Assembly (NCBI GenBank): GCA_030167865.1
Contig: JALAGF010003973.1
Location: forward strand, 1 to 64,000
Direction of reading: 5' to 3'
DNA length: 64,000 nucleotides
DNA from: Craspedostauros australis
Lineage: Eukaryota
The position numbers were made by a program, and so were the translations under genes. Under the pieces are notes generated by a model that did not search any database, was not told the origin of the DNA, and saw nothing but the letters and a program-made list of their open reading frames with translations. Shown piece by piece: positions 8,501 through 20,500 of this stretch (its first letter is position 1; the number at the start of each line of letters is the position of its first letter).

Positions 8501-11500
8501 GTTGAAGCCAAATGGCGAGAGGTTTTCGAATGCACACCCGAGATCGTTCATGATGTGCTCTCCGTACTTCAGTCCATCGAAAAAGAAGGAGATCCTGCCT
8601 GTGTCACAATCCAGCAACACGCCAACCGTGTCGCCGCTGTGGCAATGGGCACCGTACACACGTTCTGCCCCTGCCGTGTAGGTCGCTCGGAAGTTGACGA
8701 AGCCCCACCCGTGCCATCGGTTGAGACGCGGTTGGCTTTCGTAGCCAAAGGAAGATCCAGACCCACCAGACCCGGATGGCTTCTCGGCAACACCGATGAA
8801 GACGCTGCCCGTGTCAGCTTGTTCGATCTTGACCTCCCAGTAGTGGACGCCCTTGGTGAAACCGACAGAGGCGAATGCGGTGCCTCGGCTGTCGGATGAA
8901 GTGCACGAGACTGTCCGCCCGTCCCTTGACAGGGACAGAGATGGTGCATGGAATGACCTGTCGAATCGGATCGGAGCAGCCGGTATCGTCTGAAGATCGG
9001 ACGCGACCTCGCCGATGCTCTTTGGATGTCGCAGCGATCGAGCGAGTTTCATCTCGCTGAGGACCTGGATCTTGCTGCCGCCACGTTCTCGGTTGCGCAG
9101 GTTCGGGACGACGTAGGTGTTGCCTCCCGCGAGGTCCTCGTACAGAGACTGGTGCGGCGAACGTGCATCAATCTCAGACTGCGAGCTTGTTCGATTGCTT
9201 GGTTTGAGAATGTAGGTCGTCCCAGCGACGAAGGATGGGTGCCCGAATCGTGCTTCCCACCCGGAGTCCCTTGCACCATACACCAGGTCTTGTTCCGTAA
9301 TGGAGAGGGAGCCATCGGCGTGGACAACGCATTGCACCTGAACCCCGGCACCAAAATCTGGCCACTCCAGAATACCGTGATGGACCGAATCCTCCTCCTT
9401 TTCCTCTTCCTTGCCAGATCTGGATGCTGCACGTGACAGTCGCAGAAGCACATTGTGACGCTTGGCGACGCCGAACCCGTGCCTGGATACGCATTGCTCG
9501 GAGCTTTCTGGCAGTGGGTGGCGCTTGCGAACGCGCGTTGCCTTGTCGTTGACTTCGACATGGCTGATGTCGTACCTTCCTCCATCTCCTCCATATCTGT
9601 ACACGCCTTCCTTGCCTGTCAGATGCCAACGGACACGACGCGCCATGCCCTCGACTCCATTCCACGGCTCGATTCCTATCACCGTACCAAGAGCGAGCTT
9701 CGGGTTTGGAATCCTCTTCTTCTTGTTCTTTTCCTTGCCCTTGCCTTCGGTTGTAGTTTCTGGAAGATCTGCTTGTGCCGAATCATCGGCGGGATCGGGG
9801 GTGTCGCTGGAGATCTGATTCGCATCATCTTTGGTTCCGTCATCGTTTCCGCTGCTCTTGTGCTCACCGGACTTGGTCCCCGCGCCATCATCGTCTCCGT
9901 CTTCAGAGTCTCCTTTCGTCTTGTCATCCGGATCTTCGCGAGCTGCCTTCTTCTCGTCGTCGTGCAGCTGTTTCTTTTGTTCTCCTCTCTTCACCTTCGC
10001 TGCTTCGTAGATGTCCTTGCCATCCTCTGTGCCGTTCTTGCCCGATTCCTCCCAGTCAAGCCCGCGCACCACAAGGCATCCCTCCCGGAGCATCGGCGGA
10101 CCGTCGCCGCCATCCATCAGGGTTCGGACTGCGGATCTGGAGGGCGTCTTCCAGTCGACGGCCTTGCACGAGACTGTCCCGGTCAGAATCTCAAATCCTG
10201 AGTCGCTCATGAGCCATCCGCCTTCCACTTCCCAGTGGTTGCTCTGGGCAACCCCTTCCTGTCTTGCTGGGGCGAGATATTGCATGGGGGTCGCGGCATC
10301 TACCTCTGCGGTGCGCCATGACTCCATGAAGCTCGCAGGGAATGTGGCCGGGTCAACCGCTCTGTGCACGACGGAGACGAGCTCGATCAATGCCTGCACG
10401 TATCTCGAGCAGACCGGCACTGCAGCACGCTCGGCCCAGACACGCCGGCTTACCGTATTCTTCAGTCTCCCGAAGTAACGGCCTAGTGTTGGCACCGATT
10501 CCACAACCTGCTTCAAGGCAGCAGGATGAGTGTTCAAGATCCCTGCAGCGGTGAATGCCGATATCATTCTCCATGGCAGCGAGGCTGATAGCAAACCGAT
10601 GCTCCAAGCTTCGAACAGTCCGGTCTTGATCTCATCGTGCGACTCGACGCCATTCTCCACTTGCGGACTCAGCAACAGACCCGAAAGCAACGAAATCAAC
10701 CGAGCATCGGGGAATGCCACAGTCTCCCTCGCATTTTTCTTGGATTCGCTCTTCTTCTTCGCAGCAGATGACTTGCGCTGTGACGAATCGCCCTTGTTGG
10801 CGTTTTCTGCTTCTTCGTCGTCGTTTTCTTCATCATCCTCATCATCTTCATCCCGAGGAGAATCTATCGATGCCGAATCGTCGCCGTCGTACTCAACCAC
10901 AGAGAGAAGGCGCACGCCTCTCCTCACCGCTGCAACGACAATGTTCCGGAACGTGGCAGATTTGCACACGGCACTTTGGATGCCATCTTGCAAAAATACC
11001 ATGATCCCGCTGCCTCCATCCGAACCGATGACAGCCTCTGCTGCTGCAGCGATTGTCGATCCCGTGTCCATGCCCTGGGGGATTTGTTGCCACTGCAAGA
11101 GACAGGTGAGGACTTGGACAGTGCCTCCCTTCGCAATGAGCACCCCGTCGTCCAGATCTCCGATGGAGGCCACTCCTGACTTGTCGGATCCGGAATGACG
11201 CGAGTGGCCATGCTCGTTGCTTGATATGCCCAAGCCGAGAGCTTCCGCTGCAAGTGCCATCGCCCCGGCCTCTCCAACCCAGCCGGTGGAGAGGAGGCTC
11301 GAGCTTGACTCAAGCAGCTCCCACAGCTTCAACGCACCATCCACGTCGCCTTCTGCGAAGCAGACGGAGGGGTCAAAGTCTTGACCAAGTGTCACAATGA
11401 TGTGGAGCACAAGTTTTTGAGCGAGCAGAGCGAGGAGAGCCTTGCTTTCTTTGTTGAGCTCCTCAACGATCTGCAACCCCACTGCGTCAAGTGATTTGCG

Positions 11501-14500
11501 CATCCTAGCATGCGGTGATGCCATCACTCCGTCCTCCTGATTCGCTTCTTCCGTCGACAGACCATCAAGCTTCGGTAGGTGGCTCTTCAGTCGACGACCG
11601 ACGCAGTTGGCAGGCGTCATGGTCCCGGTGGAGATGATGCTTGATGATTTCTGGCTGCCACTGGACTGCTTCGGACGCCCTGAACCAAGATGCACAGATG
11701 CGTCAGATCCATAATACCTGTGCGCCCATGCCATGAGCTCGTGGCCGTGTTCACCGTCGGAGAAATCGCAGAGGAAACGGTGGTCATCATCCTGGGCGAT
11801 CCCATCAAGGATCTGTTCCTTGCGGACAAGAGCGCTGCGTTCTTGGACTGAATCGAGGACAGCGTCTCCAACTCCACGGTACCCCTCTGGTGGCGGGTAC
11901 CTGAAGTGCTCATTGTCCTTGCCTCCGAGAATGAGACGAAGCTTTTCACGTTTGTTGAAACTCACGCATGCGTATACACCCCCGCACGGACGGAAACCCG
12001 TTCCCGAGAATGCAACACCCATGCCAATCTCTTCACCGCGTCCATTCAAGGTGAACGACATGGTCTTTTCATCCATGTCCACCAAGCAACCAACCACGTC
12101 GCCTTCCTTCCACCGGCAGCCCCATTCGGTTGCAGAAGAATGCCAACGGTACCGTCTCCACCCGTCGTATGCCCACGAACTTGGCCCATCGCCACAGCCG
12201 TCTCCCCTGTCGGCGTGGCAGTGGCCAGCAAAGCTACCATCCGCCCAGCCGATTTGCAAGCACCCAGCTGTCTCCAGAATGGCCTCATAGTACCACTTTC
12301 CTTTGGTCAGAAGGATTCCCTTGGTCCCAACGGACGAAAACCCACCAGACGGAAGGCCGGAAATGGCCAACGTCTTGGGATCAATGATGGATCTTCCGGA
12401 AATGAATCGCAACGGCGTGACTGATCCCTTCCAATGTGGCTTCATATCTGCCTTAGTGTCATCACTCTCTTCGCCAGCACTTGTCCTTTTGAGTTTCGGA
12501 TCGCATTTGTCGCTCTTGCTGTCATCATTTCCTTCAACGTTGGAGGCATCGACGTCGCTGCCTTCGTTCTGGCTGTTGTCATCGTCATCGTCATCCTCAT
12601 CTTCGTCGTCCTCTTCTTCTTCATCGTCGTCGTCGTCATCATCGTCGTCATCATCATCAGCGTCATCCTCATCTTCCATGGCCTCGTCTTCCGCAGTCAG
12701 GCGTTCGCCGTGGGTGAGGATCCATGTCAGTGCTTCGTCGACGTTGTTACCGTTTGCTGCCAATGCTTCAGCGCACCATCTGCTGGGGAATCCCATCTCG
12801 AGCAGTTGCTGGAGAAGATGGTTACTGGTTCCATCAGACCGTCCGCCGCGGCCTCTTCCGCCAGAACTTGATCTTCTCTGACTGGATCGCTCTCTGTCCC
12901 GTTCTTCCGCGAGAAGCCGATCCATGTCGCCACCATGTTCCAGACAGAAGTGTACCGCAGCCTCGATGTTGGTGCCGCCGGTGCGTCGAAGTGCAAGCTC
13001 CGACCACTGCCTTGGCAAACCAAGCTCTGCCATCTGCACAATAGCAGCTTCTCTCAGGTGTGCTGCGGCGGCTGCGGCGACCTCGCTCTCATCTTCGTCG
13101 CTGTTTTCGCTTCCCGCCGTCGATTGGGAGATGCCACGAGGCTCATCGCCACGCCCAGCATCGGCATTGCCTCTGCTGCTCGTGCTTGAGGTTTGCGGCG
13201 GCGTTCTGAGCCTTCCACCCTCGGAATCATTGTGCCCGTCTCCGCCAGAGTTCTGGTTGTTGGACTCAGCATGAGCGTCGGCAGCGTTCGCTGATGTCAG
13301 CTTGCCACGAAGTTCTGCAATTCTTGACTCCCACTCAGAAGACGCCACGTCGTCCAGAGTTGATATGCGGAGTGAGAGTTCATTAAGGAGAGAAAGGAGA
13401 TGTGTGCACCGCGCCTCCAAAAGATTGATTGAGGATAAGAAAACGCCAACGTTGTTCCCGTCAGGTGTGTGCAGCGGTTTCTGGCATGAGAGATTCAGAA
13501 GCTGCGAGAGGCATTTTCTGGATTCTTCTCGCTTGATGAAAGCTTCCAGATTGCGCTTGTCTGCGAGGAGTGTCATGGCTGCTCTCAGCGCCAACGTTGC
13601 GGCGCAGCATCGAGTCGTCTTTGATGTTTCATCGGCCAACGACAGATCTTCCTTTGACTCATCGCTTTTGGCGTCGGTACTCTTTTCGTCAACGTCCTTC
13701 TCTTCCGCGCATCCCGTTGCGTCGATGGGGGGTTGGATTCTCTGCAGCGTCCGCGTCAGGATCAATGTCTGCAGCTCCCCGTTCTCAGCTGGCTCGTTGA
13801 CGACGACAGGAACCTCTTGTACTTGGACGACATCGCCCAGCGGGCACCGCAATGCCCTGACTGTGAGCGCGTTGCGACTGCTCTTGCGATTCTTCGGCTG
13901 CTTTCCGAGGACGGCTTCGCTCGATTCCGCGTCCGTGTTTGCGCCGACGTCCGTATCTTGTTGACGGGAGAGGAGGACAACTTCGCAAAGACCGTTCTTG
14001 ACGTCGACGCTGCTGACAATACCGGCTGATGAATCGTCTCGACAAAGTCCTGCGATCACTCCCTCAGTGCCGTTCCCGACTACATGGTGTGGGACATTTC
14101 CCACTGACGAGCTGTTGCCGCCGGAACTGTGCCCCTTTATGCCCAGGGCCGACTGCTGATCCGAGGCGACGGCAGCAGCGGTGGGCGGTTTCATCAGAAC
14201 GTACGAACCGCACCGAATCTGATCCAGACCGCCGTTGAGGAAGGCAAGGATGCCAATCTCGGACACCGTGGCGTCCGCAGTGTCGGGCTGTGCATCTCTG
14301 AAAACGTCGAAGATGACACGATTCAGCTCGGCTCTCCAGGCCAAGTTGCCTGGTCTGTGCAAGCGACGCAACAGCGAGACGATCTCATTCCTCACCACCT
14401 GCTCTTCATTCCCGAAAGGGTTTTTGGCAAGGAGGATGGATGCTGAACCTGCCGCTTCAAACAATCCCATGAGGAGGGCATTGTCAGGATCGAGTTCTTC

Positions 14501-17500
14501 CACGATCGGAAGCACCATGCGGACAAGCCTACTCCTGTGGCGTGCAGGGAGAAGCCCTTGCGGGGAGCTTGCGACGTCGTACGCCAGAATTCTGGACGTG
14601 CCGTTCGAATCTTGAACTGGGCTCAGCCCGATTCCCTCCAGCAAGAGATGGAGCCATTCTGGACGTTCGCTGATGTACTTCGGAGCGAGCTTATCATTCG
14701 ACACCATCGACAGCATGTTGAGGATGTTGCCCATGTATTTGTTCGCAAAGCTATGCTCGGACCGACCAACGGCATCCCTCGTGGTCTTGGACGATGACGA
14801 TCTCGAGTTCTTCGTCGATGGCCTTTGGGATGTCGTCGGACTTTGTCCGTTCGAGAAAATACTCCAGCTTTCGATGTGCCGGAGCCCAGCCCCGAAACTC
14901 TTCGATGCACCCTCTGCAGTTTTTCGAGATGCCGATGAAGTCTTCCTGTCACCAGCATCCACCGAGTCGACTACGCTGGTCCATGTCGAAGTCTCTTGCT
15001 TTTTACAGTGCTCCGAGATCATGGTCTTCGTGATGTCGCGCAGAATCGGGAACGTTCGTTGGCATTCATTGTAGAGGAAGGATGTCGCTTCTTCGAACGA
15101 CCGCCCGGATGTGTTGGTTGCATTGGACAGGATTTGCGAGTGGAGGACATGAGCTGCGGTAACGGAGGATTTGAGGATGACCCGCGAGAGATCTCTTTGG
15201 CAGAGATGATCGAGGTGGTGCAAAGGATTGTCGCCGTCCGCGATCTCATCCACGGCTGCATCTTCGAATTGCACCGATCTGATAGCGGGCTCGTGCGTTG
15301 CAATGAGATTTGAGAGCCTCTTCAAGATGTCGCTTTGCGAAGCGATGGCATCTACATCGGCCGGGTACAGAGTTGTGATGAAGGAGCTGAGCACCGACAT
15401 GGTGAGCGAGTCCCATGATGCTCTATCTTGCAGCATTGCAGTCGTGATTCTTCCTGAAAGCAAATGTCCAAGGATTTCTCCAAGTTCGTAAAAGATTTTG
15501 ATCACCGCTTTGCGCAGAGACCTTCGGACAGAGGACTGGGCCCCGGACAAGGAGGAGAGGTAATGCCTGCCGACAGACCCGCCTGATGCCGTTGACTTTG
15601 GCTCGGATCCCCTCTTCAGCCCGTTGCCGTCTCTGCCAAGAATCCTTGGGATGTACACGATCATGGCTTCGAGGGAGACTGCGGAGGCTGGGCTTTGGTT
15701 CGTTCCAAGCTCTGACAGCATCTGGGTTGCTTGGGATGCCGCTACGTACTTGAGGATGCATCTCGTTGCTGACCTTTTGAACAGCAGTTTGATCCACTCC
15801 AGGTCCTCAGCAGAGTTTACCGTCTTGTAGAAAGCCTTTATGTCCGTTGTCATCATGGTCACGGAGGTCGAATCATCGTCATCGACCTCAAGACCCAGCA
15901 AGAAGAGCGACGTGTTGTTGACAAGGGAGCATACCGCCTTGCATTGATCACGGCGGCTCTGAGATTTGTGTTGGCTGATCGCGCTTCGTACACCATTCTC
16001 CATCACAAATAGTGCAGCCTGCCACACGTCAATGAGACGGATCGGAGCATCTTTCGGAGTTCCTCCTAACAGATTCCTCAGATTGCCCAACTTGACCATG
16101 GCGCAGATGATGTTGATTCTGGCCTCATTGTACTCCTGTGGGGCAAGCATGCGTAGCGAACCAGAACCGCCAGCTTGTGGGGCGATGTCGGGATCCATCT
16201 TGCGCACGGCTTCGGAAATCCAAGCGTTGATTTCACGAGTACGTTGGGGTTCAGAGGACTTGCTTGGTTCGGCTTCTTGCAAGGCATCGAGACGGAGCAG
16301 CTTCATCCAGTCTTCGTCATCCTGCTGCGACACGGTGGTTGGGGGTCGGAAGTCGCTCTGCAGAGACTCCATGATTGCATCATTGCCTTCCCAGTCCGAT
16401 GGTATGGAAAGCTTGGACATGAAGGCGCTATCGAGGCATTCTTGCAACACCGTCGTTCTCTTCGACCACTCGCTGGATGAAAAGAGGGTTTTCTCTGGCT
16501 TCGGCGAGGTCTCTGCGTCCCAGCCTTCGGAATCGCCGATCATGGCGACCAAATGGCCGTAGCTTTGGCAGAGTACCGCCATGTCGGTGAGTGTCCAGTT
16601 TGTGGTGGAAGCCACCGCGGGTTCGTCTATGGATTTGCTTGCGCGTGGGGACCAGTATCCTGATATCTGACCTTGGGTTCCGAACTGGACATTCTTGTAC
16701 ACTCCTTCGAATTTGGTGCCATCCAGGCTGGATCTGGCCGTGACAACGCACGATGATGAGATGTCGTCGTCTTGTGCCGAACTTCCTGACTGGGCCGATG
16801 TGTTGCCGGCCTCGGACCATTCTTCGACGAACGTTACCATGGAGCCTCGGGTTGTGCCCATGATTGATACCAGCCCATTTTTGGATTTGCCAGTAGTTCC
16901 AACGCCGCTACCTTGGAAGCCAAGCGTGCATGTGCCGTCGGGACCTGACCTTGAGCGCGAAATGTCCACGACGTATTCCTCGGCGTCAGTCGTTGTTCCT
17001 GATGATCCTGTGGCTCGGATGATCCATTGGCCTTCTCGGATGTTGCAGAGGGAAAGGTGCTGACCCTCTTCCTTCATGTCTTTGCATGCCTGATTCAGAA
17101 CGAGGATGCACTTCGCAATCCGAGGCAACAGCACGAGCGCTGTGCGTTTGGAGAGGTTTGGAATCCATGATGGGATGAGGCTCAACGTCGCCCCGAGCGA
17201 TGGTAGCAGTTGTGTTGTGTGAAGGTCGTCAAACTTCTTGGCCTTCACAGTCCGAACAACTTCCTCCAGCAAGTCACAGACGTACTGTGTGCCATCCCAG
17301 CTGAGGTGGTTGTTGATATCCCGAACAGCCTTCAAGCCGGAGCCATCTGCCTCATCTGCTGATGAGGTTGGGTAGAAGCAGCTGCCTCCGGATCCATCGA
17401 AGACCATTTCTCGTGTTGTCGATCTCCCCCTGCTCTCCACGGTTAGCAGGGTGACGCGGTCGTCACGCTGGTAGAGCCCCACGGCTGGGTAAAGCTTGGA

Positions 17501-20500
17501 GTCGAGAGGGAGCCCTTCGAATGCTACACCCCAATCCTCCATGGTGCCTGACGGTGTGCCTGGACGACGCGGTGACGTTGGGGTCTGCAGCAGAGGGTCG
17601 ATGGAGAACGACGAATTCGATGAACTGTCCTTCCACGACGTGAAGCTCAGTGTGCCCACATCAGTATCAAGCGTCACGATGATCGTCGATCCAGTTCGGA
17701 AGGTGGCACCGTAGTCGCCGCGGATCTTCTTTCTGTCATGCCACAATGCCTGCGTGCCGATCATTCCCCAGCCGAACTTGTCACCCCCGACGTACGTCTT
17801 GATGTTGGCTTGTGCGGTGGACACGCCGACGAAGACGTGCCCGCGTTCGCATTTGTCGAGACGCACTGCCCATCGATGGACGCCGGTCTTCGGACTGTAC
17901 GAATTGGCTGACAGGACAGCGCCCCAGGCCTTCGAGGCCCGTTGATGTGCGGATGCACCGTTCGGTCCAATGTCCAATCCATCTGCGAAGATGGCTATGG
18001 AATCGGCGCATTTTGTTGCATCGAACTGCAACACATTCGAGCTCTTCGAGCTCACGCGAATGATGTCGTTTTGTGACGAGTTTGGAGTGATGGCGTTGTC
18101 ATCATTCTCACTGTCTCCGCCCCAAAGGCCATCCCACAGAAGGAGACGGACATGGCATCGATGGCAGATCGCCATGTACAGATCGCGAAGTTCTGAAGCG
18201 CCCTCAGCGGCAAAGACAGGCGAAGCTCGGATGGAACGAACGATATCGCTGACGAAGGTCGGGTTGCCATCTCTGCCGGTGACTATTTGCGCTTGTGTGA
18301 CGTGCTCAAGAGTGTCATTTGCATTGCTCGGCGAGTGACATGCTGGACGCGGAATGATGTGATCAAGCAAGTCGCTCACTCTGAGCCGGCGACAAAGCAC
18401 CTGGAGCCGATGGAAGGACACTTCGGCACTTGTCGTGGGCAGCGCTTTCAGTTCATCGATATGGCAAGACGTGCTGCTCTCGTCTGCGTTGGAGCATTCG
18501 TCAAGGTATGTGCGCAGGAGGGCGACTTGGGATGCCCTTGAGGGATGCGACATGGGGACGAACTCGCCCCAAACTTGAAGGGCCTTTCTGTACAAATCGA
18601 GACTGACTGGCGCCAGATCTCCTGCGTGCGCGCTGCTGTGAGCGGCTCTGGGTGTCGTGCCTTGCATCAACGAGGTTAGCGCAGCTGCGATTTTCATCGT
18701 AAAAGACGGGGGCAGCTTTCCCGATTGCATCTCCAATGTTCGAGTTTTGTCGCTCAAGCACGAGCGTGCATTGGCGTGGAACCAGTGCTGCAAACTTGTC
18801 AACACCATGATGCATGACTGGGATAGCATTTTCAGATGCTGCTCCCAGCCTTCGCAACGACGTCTCAATGTCTTGGCAAGGGTTGCGGCATCATGCGCGG
18901 CGGCGGCAGCCTTGCGGCTCATGCCCTTTGCCTCCAGGGTAGAAGCGTCGTTCGAGTCGGATGCGTCATCGAGGTATTCCAATGCCTTGGCAAGTGCTGG
19001 ATCTTCCTCCTCCACAAGCAGCCCTGCCTTGTCGTCGGTGTGGTCGGACAGTTGGTTTTCGCTCGATACGGCGCTCTCCTGTTGGAGGGCCTTGTGGTAT
19101 TGTTCCGATGCTGCATCGCGTTGCTCGACAAGGACGATGATGAGGGACAGAAGGAGGTGAAAGGAGACATGGTTCTCCTCGTCGTCTTGGCCGCTGTTGG
19201 GTTTCTCGGACTTCGTTACCATCCCTGTGGGAGGGAAGAGCGCGCAGCCGAGACCTCCTGTGATTGAGTCGGGCTGTTTGACATCCTTCCCCCGCTTTCC
19301 GGACGCTCGTTCCTCATTCTGCTGTTGCCGACTTTGCTGGCGTTGCAGCTGCTTGCTTGTCAGCATTTTGATGAACTTGAGAAGCTGGATGAGCACCTGT
19401 GGTGCAGGCAGTGCACCGAACTTGTCCAACGCCGATGGGTCCAGGTACTTCTTAGATAGGGCTGCGTTGCGATCCTCTTCTTCGCCGCCATACTCGGCAG
19501 GTCGAGCCAAATCGCCACTTGGTATCAGTGGAGCGTATGGGTAGCTGCCAGGAGGTTGTGGTAGAGGGGGCAACGCCAGGTCGATGTCGTCTGATTCGAC
19601 ACCGGCCGGATTGGGACCATCGGCTGTAGCAGAGTCGGCAGTGGGTGTGATTGGACCCGTGCTTCCTTCGCTGATCAAAGACTCTCGGCTGTTTTGCACT
19701 TCGACTTCGACGGATGGGTTGGAAATCTCGACCAAACTCATAGCCAGGGCTTGTCGCAGGGCATCGCTGTCATCGTCGTTGCTGTCGCCATCGCCAGCGC
19801 TGCGAGTACCAGCGCTTCGAGTGGCGTCATTGGAGCCATTGTTCCTCGCTTGCTCGTTCTGCTCTTCGTTGTCAATGTCGTCGTCGTCCTCATCATCGGC
19901 GTCATCGACATCATCGGAGGGTGCGGCGTTTTCATTCGTGGCTTGTTGATCGTTGTTGCTCTCAGAGGATGAAGAAGATGATGAGGAAGATGAATCTGCA
20001 TTGTTGTTGCGACCTCCCAGCCCGAGATTGAGCAGCCCACTGTTCCGGACTACTTCCACAAAGTCATGTTCGGCCGCTGGGCCATCGTTGTCGTCACTGT
20101 CGTCGCTGTCATCCGACGAAGAATCGTCGTCATCATCGTCCAGGTCATCGTCGTCGTCGTCGTCTGAGGAATCCATATTGACTGTCGTTCCTCCGATGAT
20201 CTGTTGAAGGAGTGCTGCGCTGACTGCTGCGGCAATGTCTATGTCATCATCGTCGTCGTCCATGCCATCCATGTGATCGAAGTCATCGTCATCGTCATCG
20301 TCATCATCGTCGTCTGCATTGATGTTGTTGGTACCGCCAATTCTGTTGTCATCTGGGACGATCGCCGTCGCGACTGCAGTGCCTGCGTCAGCCCTGCGCG
20401 ATGTCACCAAGGAGTCTGAGAACAGCTGGAATGCTGGTGTTAGAGGCGAGGAGTGTTCACTGCTCTCCTGCTCCTTTCGGCGCTTTTCCAGAAGTCGTTC